Positions 15,195 through 30,951 of a stretch of 64,000 nt of DNA are shown one piece after another. The notes below the pieces were generated by a model. It was not told the DNA's origin, did not search any database, and saw nothing but the letters and a program-made list of their open reading frames with translations. Position 1 is the stretch's first letter; each line of letters starts with the position of its first letter. This DNA comes from Eledone cirrhosa (lineage: Eukaryota). The stretch covers positions 15,376,001 to 15,440,000 of the forward strand of contig OZ024747.1 of assembly GCA_964016885.1 (NCBI GenBank), given 5' to 3'. The position numbers and the translations under genes are program-made.

Positions 15195-17324
15195 AACAGT
15201 GGCCCTTTACTTCAACGTATCGTTGACGTTACAATTGATATAGCAGAAGAAACACTTATTTTTATGGATGTGATATAGTTTAACGGATTGAACTCTATCC
15301 CACTCTATGTAGGTCAAGGAATATGCTTTCATGAAACTCCAGCCGGCTGAAGTCATGTACAGCCCTGTAAAAAGTTATCGATGTAGAGATGGGAGTCAAA
15401 ACATCAGGAGTTAGTTCAGTCCCATTTCTTACAGGTTTCGCTCCTAAATTCCTCTTTGAGTGTTACATTGTTGACACGATATATCTTGATTCAGGATATA
15501 TGTCAGATTCTTGGGTGAGGCAATAATCAATTATTCTGACCCTCAAGACATTTGTCGTTGTTCTGGTTTGTTTTCGGTTGAACGAATCTCAAAAGCAAAT
15601 ATAGTTAGCTCTATATGATTTGAATTCTGAACATAGAGATATAAATCAATGCCACAATACATTTTTGTCCGACGCTTTATCAATCTACTGCTTATGAATT
15701 GTTATATATTAAAAATATATAATCGATAAACTAATGTTCAAGCTTTTAATGATTTTTTACTAAGTTATTAATTATGGATTTACTTCGAAATCCGACTGAA
15801 ATACAAAACTGATCAATACAACAATGGTGTAATTACTTATTTGCTTAATTTACTTAATTAATTACTTCATTTAATCTGTTAGCTATACCAATCCCTTTTC
15901 CCGAACGTACGCACAATTTTCATTCACTGTATATTTATATTTATTTAACAATTCTCAATGCCTGGCACTGTGATTACAACTACCATAATGATAATTACAT
16001 CTGCCACTATAGTATCTGAAGTTTTGTTTCTTTTGAAATCATTTCCAACACCATTGTTATAATGTTAAATGACTTTATGTACAGAAGATAAATATTGGCC
16101 ATACATCCTTTTCATAGCAGGAAATCACATATTCAGGCACGTGTCTTCGTGATGATTTCTCTACACAAAGGCTTGCGATTATAAGTGAAACTTTACGTGA
16201 GATTTTCTGAAATAACATTTTTTCAATATTGGAATGACCCTAAGAAACAACGGCCACACCCATAAAACAGAAAGAACGTGAAGTATTATAAAGGAAAACA
16301 AAGAGGATTTGTTGTGAAGAAGAATGTAAGATATGATGTATACTAAGATTGCAAAATGTAAATCTATTGTGTTTATTTAATGCAAGATATCCTTACAATC
16401 ATACTAACGTGCTATAAAGTGAATACTAGATATTCTGTAATTTGAACTTAGAAATATATGGATAACATTTGATAGGAGAAACCTATCTATATAAATACTG
16501 CCGCCAAAATAGAAGAACTTATATGTGACAACAAGTAATAGTTACAGCTAGACCTATCGAGAAGTGAAAGAAAATATTACATGAAAATTGGATTGCTTAT
16601 TTGTGTATAGTTAGTTTAAACTCAAAACGTTATTCCTTTGGCTAATGTTGGATTGGTAGAAAAGTTTGAGTATCGAATAACATACTTCACAGTATCACTT
16701 CCGGTTCTCTGCGCACAAATCCAATCGAAGAAGTATTATTAAAACAAAAATCTTCACCCATGGATTTTTAATCCGACTACCGGCATTCTAATTTCAAATT
16801 TTGCTCGAGTCAACTTTGCTTTTCACTTTTTGTGAATTGACAATATAAAATACTATTTAAGTGCTCTAATCGATTTAATTGAGTTTCTATGCCCTAAAAA
16901 TTGCTGGAATTTATCCCTAAATTAGAAACCATTCTTTCGTTGGCCAAATGCATCGATATTTGCAAATGCCAAATAAGACCACAATCGTTCCTATAAGTAC
17001 CTGATGGTTCTAGGAATTCATGCTAATTCTACCATGTTTTGGAAGACGGGTAACTCAAATAATGGCTATCAACAAACTAGTCCATAGTAAATAAATGTTA
17101 ACATGTGTTGGAAGATTAGTACTTTTCATATGCTATCCATAAAAGCAGAAAATCCATTTGAGTGTGATTTGATGATCGAAGTGGCAACGTTTTCAGGTCA
17201 CTTCTAATCTGGTAAGTTAAACAAATTAAACACTCCTCAAGGCCTTATTTCGTTGCGCTTCTGTGCAATTCTACCTACAAAATGTCACTTGAACATAGAC
17301 ATCTACTACATTCAACCAGATATT

Positions 17325-17428
17325 ATAGTAGAAAATACTTGACCCAGAGGCTGCGCAATGGGACTGAATCTGGCAACAGGTGATAGTGCAGGGAATGTCT
17401 TAACGATACAGCCATGCCAGCGCCTATC
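17325..17428 (-). mobile_element. Degenerate head of a second tRNA-derived SINE family
   Basis: Minus strand GGCGCTGGCATGGCTGTATCGTTAAG...GATTCAGTCCCATTGCGCAGCCTCTGGGTCAAGT resembles an A/B-box SINE head. Confidence 0.5.
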
Positions 17429-19948
17429 AATGTATCTTTGCGTTTATGTTTATGCATGTATATATTATTGATTTTCTTCTTATTTATGCTTTTTTCATTT
17501 GTCCCATTTCCTTTCTCGCCAAACACCTCAGCTTCCTACATATAAAACCAAACTACTTTATAATACATGTCTAATTGTACCTCTGTTGATAATAGTTAGT
17601 ATTTAGTGTATCTAAACTTTAGCGAGTAAACATAACTAAATTGAAATGCTAATCCCACAAAAAAAGGAAAGCACCCTTAATGTAAAGCCGGATAAGAGCG
17701 ATGAATAAATAGGTTTATGATAAATTACCCCACCCTTTTCGATATATGCATCAGTATAAAAGCCAAGGAATGTTACGAAGCTTATTGTTCAAATATCTGT
17801 CTTTTATTCTTGATTAAATAGTTGAACATGAAACAGCACTTATGGTTTTTTTGTTTTGTAATTAGAAGACGGAATGAAATCCACTGCTGAGTATAGTCAA
17901 CGTTAGATCAATATATTGGAGGCAAATAATATTTTGAATGAAATCATTCCATAATAATCATTTACAGAACCAGGGTTCATTAAATCGAATGGACTGCATA
18001 AATGATGGACGTTTAATAAGTTGGAATTTCTGAGTTCAAGTATGTATCTAGAAACGTATATACATATGTAAACGAATGCATGCATACCAGTTTATGTATG
18101 TTTCGACAAATATGTTTGCACATACATATGTTATATATCAATACGTGCTTGTATGTTTGACTGGTGTGCTTGGAAATCAGATAGTTCAAGATATGAATCA
18201 CACTAACTGGTACCTTAGACACGTGCATTATATATACATATATTAAAGTTATACGCGAAAGGAAAATACATGGAACGAATGAACATAGCAATGCTCATAA
18301 TTTAAAGGAACGTAATTTAAATACTTAAAGGAATTCAATCAGGTCCTTTTAAGATCATGCCATCAAATGATAATGTTTGCTAACATAGTTACTATGCCAG
18401 ACGTTTTTCGGGAGATGATAGTCGCTTATATCTATAGCAGTACTTGACTTTTGTTTTTACGTTTGCGACACTGCAAAACAAAAAAAAAGACGAAGTTGAC
18501 ATCGAAAGCATCTATACTCAGAACTGTCTAACGACTGCGCACATTCCCAGATATAATTGGTTTGGCAAGATCATATAATTTTATATTATCTAATACGTCC
18601 TTTTTGATTTAGGACAATAATGAATTATTTAAGTGTGATATGGTTGCTAATTCTAGCATGTCAACTTATTACGTAGATATTTTGTTTTCTTCTTTAGCAT
18701 TGGCAATTGGTTAAGCGTTCACATTCTCGTTAGAAATTTGAATTCAGAAAGCAATCGGGTGTAATTAAAGGCCGGAATTTATTTGTCAACAATTTTAAAT
18801 ATAATGCGACTTAAAATCTGACAAGCACAAAGAAACAATTTCTTATATATGGTAGTTGATACTCTATAAATCCTGAAGACAAAAATGTAAAGACAAATAC
18901 GACGACCTTTTTAAACTGTGTAGGATTGAGTATGAGCTATGCTGATTCATCAAGGACTTGTCTCTGAAGCCCAAACTTGGTCAGCGGTTTTTTGGATGAT
19001 TACCAATTATCTATACATGCACTTCTTCCCTCTTCGTGACGCCGTTGATATCCAAGTGAAAGATAAAGGCCGATGTAAAACTGCTATGAAGGAGCTGATC
19101 ATCATATCGGACCAAGCAAATGATTATATTGGGCTTACCATAGTTGATACTCTGTACCAGCTCGCAACATCTGGCACAAACATATTAAAAACAGTTTCCT
19201 TAATGCACTTCCCTTGGAGTGATACTATATCCATTGAAGATGAAAAATGAAAGGTAAAGTTGATCTCAATGGGATTTGAACTCAGGGTCAATTATGCATT
19301 TTTGCTCCTTATTCTACTATTTCGGGTAATATGCTACCTTTCTAGCGAAAATAAAACCTAAAAATCGTGCTTTTTGAAGAAGACTATTTACGTCAATGAA
19401 CAAGCGACAACTCTTTGTTCTCACTCAGTTTCACGTTGCTACATTGTATAATCAACAGTTAACTGTGTATAAAATGGTACAAAGGCTTCTTGCTAAACAG
19501 CGATGTAAGGATAACCTCAATAATCATATTAATACTTCTTTACTTTATTGTAGTTGTGATTTTCATACTTTCCTTTCTTCTTTTCTTTACTGTTGTTGTA
19601 GACCAGTTGTATCTCTTTGTTATTACAAAAAGCATTTGTCCTGCTAACCCATTATAGCTCTATACTATTTTTTTCTTATTATATTTCGAATTCAAATTGT
19701 GTATGTTGCCTCCAACCATGTTTCACACAATTTCTAAATTGTTCTCTTGATTTGCTTTCTCCCACACTCTCTAATACGCCCAACCCTGGTTGTTTTATGC
19801 GTTAGTGCAGTAGTGTAATTCATCCGCTGCGCCTGAGACTGGCAAATATGTTATTATTAATATTATTATTAATCATAATAGTAGTATTTTTATTAATATT
19901 TCTATTATCATTATTTGTATTTTGTCTTTGATTTCGCTTTATATACAA

Positions 19949-20600
19949 CTATCATTAAAAGCTCGGCGTTGCTCGGGGTCAGTAAGTTACCAATTTAGGT
20001 TGCACCACCCATTTTATGGCAGCACTTTTTTGTCTGCCAGGCACTGGGTGAATGAATTGCAGACCTGGACTGCCGAAGCAGGAGCTGCGCCAGCAGTGAC
20101 AATTGTAGTTTCGTCTACGGATATTATCTCTGTGCAAAGAAGTGTTGAAATGTATTGTTTCACAGTACTTGCGCAACACGCGCGTAGACGATGCCAGCCG
20201 AACAACAGAGCTGCGAAGGAGTTATTCTGCATGGTTGTCTAATGTGTGTTTTCTAAATGTAAGACAGTAGGGAGGGGTGTGATATGGCGGAGAGTTAGCT
20301 GCTGTTTCTAGCAGATTTAGTGACCTCATAGAGGATATGTATTTTCTAAATTTAAGACAGTAGGGAGGGGTGTGATATGGGGGAAAGTTTAGCTGCTGTT
20401 TCTAGCAGGTTTAGTGACCTTATAGAGGATATTATTGTGTATAGTAAATAAACTGTTACTTCTTTCTTCCACGTTCGTTGAGAGGTTTTTTAAAAAAGAT
20501 TTATCGCTATTATTTTTTGTTATTGAATAAATTTATCTCTTGCTTTTGAATAATTGTTGTCATTGAAGTAAATAAATGTTTGACCGTTCCACACTCAAAA

Positions 20601-20636
<36 letters not shown>

Positions 20637-20952
20637 TTTTTCGGCGTTACTAAAGGAAGTTTGTAAGTTTAAGCGTATCTAAGAGAAAGTTGCAGCATGT
20701 ATGTAGTTTTATCGAATTTTAAGAGGAGCAGAGAGCTGATTTCAGATTGTATTAGAGGGGTAAAGAGTAATGTATTTAGTTTTATCGATTATTTCCCTAA
20801 TTATGCGTGAGTTTCAAATAAATAAATAGTCGTTGACCTAAGTTAGACCATTTCCAGCATTCCTACAGACGTTGAGTTGAATCGGTTTAAAATTGTGCAA
20901 ATGTATAAACCTGCAACATGCACACACACAACAACAATCTGCTTTTTATAGA
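19949..20952 (-). mobile_element. Non-autonomous Helitron
   Basis: Minus strand starts A|TCTATAAAAAGC and ends with hairpin CCCGAGCAACGCCGAG ... ATAG|T (CTRR-like); inserted between A and T with no TSD; internal ~92-bp tandem duplication 20249-20432. Confidence 0.7.
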
Positions 20953-21324
20953 TAATGATGACAACCGAGTATCAAGTAGAGACTTAGGGTAGGCATCGTT
21001 GATTTTGATAGTTTTCTATAGCCTTTCTTTCGTGTTTCTATTTATTGTTCCGTCCTTGCATTCACATAAGTCACGACACAAAATTTGATATGTAAAACAA
21101 ACAAATTGAGAAAATGAGTATAGAAACATAGGAGGGGATAAAATGAAATATAAAAGATGCGAATTAATTTTGCATTGAGGATGTTTGCATGGTATTAATT
21201 ATCAATTAAATCTACTACAATTAGATCGTTATTCCTTCAGTTTCAGCTACTAGTTGTGGTTTGTGTTCATAACAATTTTCTGTATGATCACATATTGTTT
21301 ATTTACATATATTATTGTTTACAA

Positions 21325-21515
21325 GGGCGGTGAATTGGCAATATCGGTAGAGGGCTGGATGCCCTGCTTTCTAGCATAGTGACGTCCCTTTACGGTCTGA
21401 GTTTAAATCCCGTCGAGGTTAACTTTGCCTTTCATCCTTACGGGGTCAATAAAATAAAGTACCAGTAATGTACTGGTAATTGCTGGTCTTGTGCCAAAAT
21501 GTAGAAACAATTATT
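21325..21515 (+). mobile_element. tRNA-derived SINE, short subtype
   Basis: A/B boxes, conserved core, ATT tail. Confidence 0.9.
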
Positions 21516-21529
21516 TTGTTTACATATTA

Positions 21530-22175
21530 TCCAGTGGATATATTGCACCATCCTATCATGTCTATATTATATTCAGCTGGTGCTAGTGTGGGGCTTCCTG
21601 GTAATAATTACAGTCACCGATGTGTTTGCGCTTCATATACATCTGGGTCTTGGCTGCAAAGTGGTAATTGGCCGTGGAGTGGTTTTTGTTGCCATCTTTC
21701 TCTAAATGTTTTTAGACCTTCTGACTTTGATTTGCTTCCCTGGATTTTTGCTGCCTTAGTTGGAGATGGGTCATTATTTAGAGGTACATGAGGGTGGTGG
21801 TTTGGCAGTATCGGTAGAGGGTCGGACAACATGCTTTGCAGCAGAGTTACGCGCCTTTCTGATCTGAGTTCAAATCCTGCCGAGGTTAACTTTACCCTTC
21901 ATCCTTACGGGGTCGATAAAATAAAGTACCAGTAATGCACTGGGATAATTGCTGGCCTTGTGCCAAAAGTAGAAACAATTATTTAGAAGTACATCTTCAG
22001 TTCTTAGTTCTTTTCTGTATGCTCTTTGAGTACTGAGTGGAGTTTTCCTTTAGTTTTCGTGATCTCTTACTAACATCATAATCCAGCCATTAAGGTTTCA
22101 ATTTATGACATTGAAATGTAGGTGGCAACTGGAATTGCTAGTGCATTTATAGCAGGTAGATTGTTCCTTAAGTTA
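21530..22175 (-). pseudogene. R4/Dong-like non-LTR retrotransposon RT remnant, interrupted by a SINE
   Basis: Minus-strand peptides INALAIPVATY and RWQQKPLHGQ...THR match post-RT motifs of RLE-type R4/Dong ORFs; stops and frameshifts. Confidence 0.65.
21792..21983 (+). mobile_element. tRNA-derived SINE, short subtype
   Basis: Full A/B box, core and tail. Confidence 0.92.
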
Positions 22176-24569
22176 AGCGTTCTGATTTCTAATCCTGCCA
22201 GAGTTAGCTTTGATTTTCATCCTTACGGGTTCGATAAAATAAATTACCAGTAACCAAATGAGGTTAATTTAATCGACTTCCGTTCCCTCCAAATTGCTAG
22301 CCTTGTGCCTATAGAAGACATCGTTATTATCTAGCTATATGATACCCTGTTATTAACAATATATTTTTTTAATATTTGAAAATCCTTTTATTTTCTTATA
22401 TCGACGTGCTGCAAATAACAAACCTACTTGATAACATGTCCTGTATTGATTATAATTATTTACATATTATTATCATCCTAATACTGTATATAGTAGTAGA
22501 TTGTTTTACATGTATATTTATACAAAACAGTCTCTGTGTTCAGCTAAACAACAGTGAAGGGTGGGAAGGAAACTGATACTAGAAATGCAGCTGTCGGGAG
22601 GTGTATACATTTTTGTCAAAGACGTCTACGTTTGATTTATTACTTCGTCAATGGGAAGAAAGCCGAAAAAAACAACTTGTCTCCCAAAGAGTATCACAGA
22701 AGGTACGAGTTGATTTAACTTTTCAATTTGTATTCGTTGTCATTTTCGTACTGGTTCTTTTGTTCGACTTTTACTGGGTGGTATATATTCGATAAATATA
22801 ATAGGATTGGTATTTGCAGTGATATGCAATAAAGTTACTATGACATTAACCTATTTTGAGATGTTTGACCGGAGATACACAGCATTCCACTAAATGTACT
22901 ATTGATTTTAGTAAGGGGTGTCATTTCTAAGGTCCTAAGAAAAATAATGGAATCAGCTATGACAACTAATCGAATATTTAATTCAGACTATTCATCGGAA
23001 GCTTACTAAGTTTATTTATAACTAGTTTGTGGGTATATGTAGAAAAGACATGTTATACGAGGACAATTATATTATACATTTTAAGCACGGATTTAAGACA
23101 GAGAACCCTAACATGACCACTGATTGGAAGTCTGTAAGGCGTGGTGTTATTTTCAATCTCAAACTGATACATAGAGTGTAATATAAGGTTATGCATATGG
23201 TCTCTGAAATTCAACAAAAAATCAGTTATTATTTAATCGTGAAATCGATATGATACATTTGCATTGTTTGAAATTAAAGTATAGAAATATTGATACGATG
23301 AAAGATTAATATTTTTCTCTTCGTTTTGTTGGAAAGTATTATATTGATATTTGCGCCTGTGTATCTTGACCAAATATATTTAGACCTTGGTAGACTTATC
23401 AATAATTGAAGTAAATGTAAATTTCTTTTCTATATTCATCATGAAAACGAAGTAGCAAATTCCACATTCAGAGGTCCTTTTAATCAAACACTACATTCTA
23501 AGGTAAAGAAGGGTACAGTGAACAATGTAGTCTTTTGTGAACACCCGCATTATGCTCAGGTTTGTAATAGATTTGACCGTAGAATTGCTGGTTCAGTTAT
23601 GACCTGGGGCTATATAATAACGAAAGAAACAACCCATTTGACCTTGGAGAGATGATTGATGAACGTTCAGCGTGACTGTAAAAGAATGATATCATGCGTG
23701 GTCCCTTTTAGATTGCTGTAATTCTATATCTATACTTACCACAGTTCAGGTAATTGCTGAGTATATATAACGGATCTTCTGTGAACACCCTAAGATTTCA
23801 TGCATATATGGAAAAAGCAACGGTAAATTACTTTTTGAGAGATTGGGATGTATCGATGTTGTAGCTTACAAACGTGTCTCTGTTACAGTTTCTTTAAAGC
23901 AAGACCAAGGACTACACTAATGATAAATAATCTATGTTAAGATATAAGGCCCTGAATTTCGCTTCTCCACGGTACCTACTTAAATGTAAAGAGATGATTG
24001 AAAATATTTGTTCTCCGAATACCTGTTTTGAGCACGACACAAAAATAGTTATATAGATAAAGTTTGTATCAATATTGTTGTTAATATCCTTTTTGAAATG
24101 ATATTTATCTATCAGAAAAGGAGAAAATAATGAGTTATGGAAAGTTTGTTACATTAGTCTATTATATTTTTAATTTTAGTAGTATTAAAAAGTATTGCAG
24201 TGTACTGTTGTGTTTTGATATGTTTAGTATGGTTTAAATAGTTTCATATCTTCAAATGAATGTAAATTTAGACTTCAATTTTGTATAATGCTCCACTGTT
24301 TCACTTTTTCTGTTTTTCCTTTCGTTTTTGAATTCTTTATTATACCATCTATATGATACTACAATGAAATAGGAAATCTTTTGTAGCTGTCATATTTCGA
24401 GGTCGATAAATAAATTCCCTGTCCACTTCTGGAATCAATTATTAAAGGGTGGTAAATTTGATAAATTAGTGTATCGTTTGTAAATTGTCATTCCGGTATC
24501 TGCTTTGGCTCTTTACATTCAAATTCTGTAGCAGCCAATTTTGCTTTATATCCTTCCGAAGTCGATAAA

Positions 24570-25430
24570 TTAAAAAAGCATTTCGGGTAAGTGCTTGTTT
24601 TGGGGTTGCGAAAATAGGGCCTTCAGTTTCAACTTTCAAGTCGCTTTTCCTAGTCCATTCCCAGATCGTGTGTTTGTCAACTATCTCAAGCATTTCGCAC
24701 AAGAATTGATGATCCATTTTCCCTCTGTCCATCTATTCAAAGTGTCATTTTGCCTGACTTGTTTAAATTCTCTCTTTTCATCTGCTTCATCGCTGCTTAG
24801 GAACTTTATGATTCCTAATCTTACCATCAATCTCTCCTTTGAACTATCTATATACCATGCCAAATTTCTTTTCCTCAGACTTCACACACATTCACGACTA
24901 ATGAGACGTCTTCACCTCTCTTTTGTGAGAGATACCAACCTATCCAGATCACCTCTAGGGTGGTAGCGCCCATCGTAATATCAGCATTTTCCTTCTCTTT
25001 ATATTAAGCCTTTTAAGTCCATCACTTTTCCATTCTATCACTTCAGCGATATACCTTAGAAGTGCAACAGTCCATGTGTTGATGGTCAGTATTTATATTC
25101 CTACCACTTAACTATGTCTTTAATACCAATGTCAGTCTCCGTTTATATTCCTTTTATAATGGTTCTTTCATTTCATTCTCATTCATTTGTTCTGTTTCCA
25201 GGATACCTAAGTACTTATACCCCCTGTCGGTAACTTCTTTCATAAAGTGCCCTTCTGCTAACACAATTACGTCCATCTTATCAATTCTACCTCGCTTCAG
25301 TTGTAACACTCCGTACATTTTCCTGCCAAATTCCATTCCTATGTTCGTGCTAGATGTCTGAACTGCGTGTACAAGGGAGTCAATCAGTTTAAAGGATTTT
25401 CCAAATAGTTTTTGGTCACCCATGAACAGC
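24570..25430 (-). pseudogene. R4/Dong-like LINE reverse transcriptase remnant
   Basis: LFMGDQKLFGKS (degenerate LFMDDLKL), IGMEFG, YKYLGILE, HPRGDLDRL, WEWTRKSDLKVETEG; multiple frameshifts. Confidence 0.85.
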
Positions 25431-26598
25431 ACTATGAGCCGAAGAGCAGTGGAGCTGCTGCTGAAAGACATGGTGTTATGGAAAGGGTCGTCACTTGTCA
25501 TCGTTAGTGTGGTGGAGGAGACCTAGAAAAGCCCCATTCCGAACATCCATCTATGACAACATCCATCAGAATGGTACAATAACTTCCATGTTATTATTTA
25601 GCTCCAAATACATTTGGTGTGGTAATCTATAAGACTGTGAAGTTGAGAATACCCACAGTAAAATTAAAACTTCCATTTAATTGATAAACATAATAAATTG
25701 TATAGAATACATATAAGAAAAAATGAAGCAGGAAGTGTGTGAAATAATATCATTTAATGAGTATGAATATAAAGAGAAGAGAATGAAGAATGAGAAACTA
25801 GTTAGGTGAAAGAAATAAAATTCAATATAAGAACGCAAATAGTGAGAACGTAAAAACAGTTCTTTTTTTTTCTAGCGAGAGAATATCGAACAAAAGAAAA
25901 AACGAAATGACAATGATAGCTTCGAAAGTATAACCACATAAAATTTCGAAAGACTAATTTCAATAGAACATGCATCCCGTTTAGAATACTTACTATTCTT
26001 ACTGTATTCTCACACCCAATATTTTGTTTTTATTCTATTTTCTCATATAAGTCAGTAAAAGAAAGTATTAGGAGTAAATAAAAGTAAGAGAGAGCGAGAG
26101 AGATAGAGAGTGAGATAGAATAGGGAGGGAGAGATGCTAGGAAAAGTGTAGCATATGTAAAGAATATAGAAAGAAAAATTAAAATAAACTAATGAGAACT
26201 TCACATTCATAACAGATCGAACAAAAGAAAAGTTATTTTACTAATAGAGAAATAACTAGCAAAATAATTATAACTGTATGGGCGTGAGAGTTGTGTATGT
26301 TTTGCTAGAATGTTTCAGCAAGTCGTAGTATATTTATGCTTATATTTATTCCTTTTCCCGGGCGTCTATGTATGGGGAATAAATCTACACATGGCCAGGG
26401 TGCCAGGTTGCCCAATGGCAAGTGGGTCCCAGTGGGCCCACGGGAATATTGCAGGGCCCACTGTAATATTTAAGGGACCAATGCTTAGTTTTCAAAAAAT
26501 ACCTGAAGTCTAAGAGAAAGAATAAAGTTTTTCTTAAAATAAATAAAACAATTAAGCAAAGCATTTGGTCAACGACATCACATCATTTTGTTTTGAAA

Positions 26599-26905
26599 AT
26601 TTTGAAAGTAGGTTTATAAGTATGAATTTTCAGTAAATTTTCGAAACTCTCTCAGTGGCCTAGCGGTAGCTACTAGAGACGGCGGAGACCCTGGTCTTGG
26701 ATTCAATCCTGGTCAAGAGGTACATGTCTTTCAGTTTTTATTTTGCATCCCATAGAAAAAAAGACTGAAAAAGTTTACCGGGAACCCTACTCCCGATCAA
26801 ACTTCAGACCAGGATCACCACCGTCTATGATTCCTTTCAACTAGGCCACTGAAACTGCTACACAAGTATAATGAAAATTAATAATTATAAACCTACTTTC
26901 AAAAT
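26599..26905. mobile_element. Palindromic MITE-like element with two convergent tRNA-like heads
   Basis: 21-bp perfect terminal IR ATTTTGAAAGTAGGTTTATAA; arms continue imperfectly through TCAGTGGCCTAG...AGACGG...CCTGGTCT. Confidence 0.7.
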
Positions 26906-27185
26906 CACAATCAAATGATAGCATTCTATATGTAGGTGGGCCCCCTTCATCTCCTCGCACCCGATATTTTTAGATCCAGTCTGCCATTGATGATGGGTCA
27001 ATGCAGTTAAAAATATTATGCCTGAAATGAAGATGGAATGGATACGGATGGATTATATCAAGGCTAGCCTAGGGCTAAAAACAACAACCTAATAAGATTG
27101 TATCTGGATGTGTATAGGATTATTTAACTGCGTAAAACTGAAATAGTATATTATAACTTGCATGTCCTCTGCAAAGTTGCTTTAA

Positions 27186-27405
27186 CACTTTAGCATTTAA
27201 ACCGACCGTCTCCGGCCAGAATTATCTCACCTCTTTCTGTTCAAACCGGCTGTAACAGCCACTCATATTGATGTTAAAGTATTGTTCTCAAAATAGATAA
27301 TAACAAAATCTCATAGATTCAATATTATGTGAGATAATTATGTGAGGTAAAGCCTTTACTGTGAAAATACAATAGTAATTATAGAGTAATGTACATGCTA
27401 AAGGG
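27186..27405. mobile_element. piggyBac-type MITE
   Basis: TTAA|CACTTTAGCAT ... ATGCTAAAGGG|TTAA: TTAA target duplication and CCC/GGG-type TIR with one mismatch. Confidence 0.8.
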
Positions 27406-27831
27406 TTAAGCGTAATATTTCGATTTTGTTTCAATAAAGAATAGAAACCGTGTCAAAGTGACAGAAAACGTATCAGGCGATTACCTTTTTTCTCCATCCC
27501 AACTAAATAAATGCACCCTACCCAATACCTGATTATTAATATGCATAAGCGAGAACGCTGGAACTGTGTGATTGCTCAGCTGGTAGACAGGCACAATTCG
27601 TTAAAATACAAGCCAAGTTAACAACAGTGAGATTGAATGGTTTCTCGACATCGGCAACGCATTATTGTGCTAAGATATATTGACATTACTGGAGAAGAAT
27701 GGGAAAATTTATTTAAAAAAAGATAACCAAAGAGAAAACGAACAATGTACAGAAGAAAAGTTGAATGTGAATTAGATACATTTATAGTAAAAGAAAGTGA
27801 ATAGAGTCATATATATCTATCTGTCCTTCGC

Positions 27832-28729
<898 letters not shown>

Positions 28730-29731
28730 AAGGAGATCAGATAATATTTAGCAATATACAATAAAATAAAAATAAAAAAAAGGAAAAGTATAGCTACAGT
28801 AGAGAAGACGCTTGTATTAGAAAAGTATTCACGCAAAAAAAAAAGAGAATGAGAGAAAGCGTGTCTGTGTGTGTGAGTGTAAGAGAGAGGTAGAGAGAGT
28901 GGCAATTGTGGTAATTTAAGGGTATACAGAGAATGTGTTCAATACACTGGACTAATGACCCGTACACTAGCCAATAAGGCAGATTCTTTTCTCTGTATTA
29001 TATTTCTTTTGTTGACTAGCCATACTGCCAATGGCAGTCCGTTTTAAAAACCACGCATTTACAATATTGTCTGGACAATAGCTACGATGAAGTTGCGATG
29101 AGGCGTGTCCAACACAGTATGAAGCTTTCACTGAAAATCCACAATGCCCGACATACACATATGTTTCTCTACTCTACTCTAATATTGCTTTGCCATCGAC
29201 TTTTACGCACAAACACTTCTTTATAGATGCCTTTTACACACCTTATTTGAAATCAATGCATCTTTCATTTAGTTACTGAATAAAACTTTGTTAAAAGGAA
29301 GAAAGTGAAATGGAAAATGATATTAAATGAAATAGTGACTATAAGCCGAGATGAATAAAGAAAGGAAAATCTTGGATGAAAGTTTTAACAGCATTGTTAA
29401 GAGCTGTCTCTTTTGTTATATATATTATTATTTTATTACTGTATTTATTATAATTGAAGACGGGAGATTGGCAGCATCAGTATAGCGTCAAAGAAAATTT
29501 CTTCAAATAATTAGTTATGTCTCTTTAAGTTGTGAGTTCCAATCCAGCAGAGATTGACTTCGTTTTTCGTCTTTGTGTTAGATGGGAAAAAAATTAATAG
29601 TGAAGTTTTGGCGCCGATTGTTTATTTAAGTTATGAGCGCCACTTAGTACTTCTTGTTCCATTGTTGCTTTTGTCATAGTTATTAATGTTCGTCTTGTTG
29701 TTCTGCATGTCCTTGTTAATGACCACCTATC

Positions 29732-30245
29732 GGCGGTGGATTGGCAGTATCGGTAGAGGGTCGGACGCCATGCTTTGCAGCATAGTGTTACGGCCCTTTA
29801 TGGTCGGAGTTCAAATCCCGCCGAGGTTAACTTTGCCTTTCATCTTTACGGGGTCGATAACATAAAGTACCAGTAATGCACTGGAGTAATTGCTGGCCTT
29901 GTGCCAAAAGTAGAAACAATTATTATAGGATTGTTTTGAATTCAAATCATGCTGAGGTTAGCTTTGCCTTTCATCCTTACGGGGTCAATTTAATCGACTT
30001 TCCTCTCCCCTTTAAGTTGCTGGCCTTGTACCTAAATAGGAAATCATTATTATAGGGTGGATTGGCAGTATTGGTAGAGGGTCAGACGCCATGCTTTGAC
30101 GCATAGATTTACGTCCCTTGCCATTCTGAGTTCAAATACCGCCGAGGTTAACTTTGCCTTTCATCCTTACGGGGTCGATAAAATAAAGTACCTGTAATGC
30201 ACTGGTTATTTCTGGCCTTGTGCCAAACGTAGAAACAATTATTAT
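29732..30245 (+). mobile_element. Three stacked SINE copies (full, 5'-truncated, full)
   Basis: 29732-29925, 29937-30052, 30055-30245; ATTATAGGATTGTTTT duplicated at ~29921 and 30241. Confidence 0.9.
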
Positions 30246-30782
30246 AGGATTGTTTTCACAGATATTATATGATAGCGGATCACAACCAGTAGCCTTAAGT
30301 TTCATTAGATTTTTCCGAAGTAATGCTATAGAACATTCGTATTGTATTTCTTATATCTAATGATCGTATTTATGGGTTAATGTTACCAGCACACCCATCA
30401 ATACCGGTATGAACTTAACCGTTTCTAATCTCCACAACTGTGAATGCACATTGATTTTGTCAATGTATCTTAAATTTTGGAGTTGATCATCATCTTTCTT
30501 ATTTAGTTTACCGTTTCACATGATTACATTTCTCTTCTTCCAATTCTCATTCTCTAGTGAGCACCAAAATATAATTTACACGAACGTCTGATCCAACCAA
30601 ACTGACTTGTTCAGTTCTTTGTTGCTCACCTTACTATAACTGATTGGCAATCTCTTCCATAACTCTTATATCTCTGAAGCTATTATTCTCTTTCAATATA
30701 ACGTTTCTTCTGATATTTTCAATTTCCAATGCTCTTAAACCCCCATTCCTCTAATTTTCCCTGGTTTTATTGATTACTATTA

Positions 30783-30951
30783 TAATTGTTTCTACTTTTG
30801 GCACAAGGCCAGCAAGTTCCCAATACATTACTGGTACTTTATTTTATCGAGCCCGTAAGGATGAAAGGCAAAGTTAACCTCGGCGGGATTTGAACTCAGA
30901 TCGTAAAGGGACGTAACTATGCTGGAAAGCATGTCCGACCCTCTACCGATA
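30783..30951 (-). mobile_element. tRNA-derived SINE
   Basis: Core, B box and tail. Confidence 0.9.
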
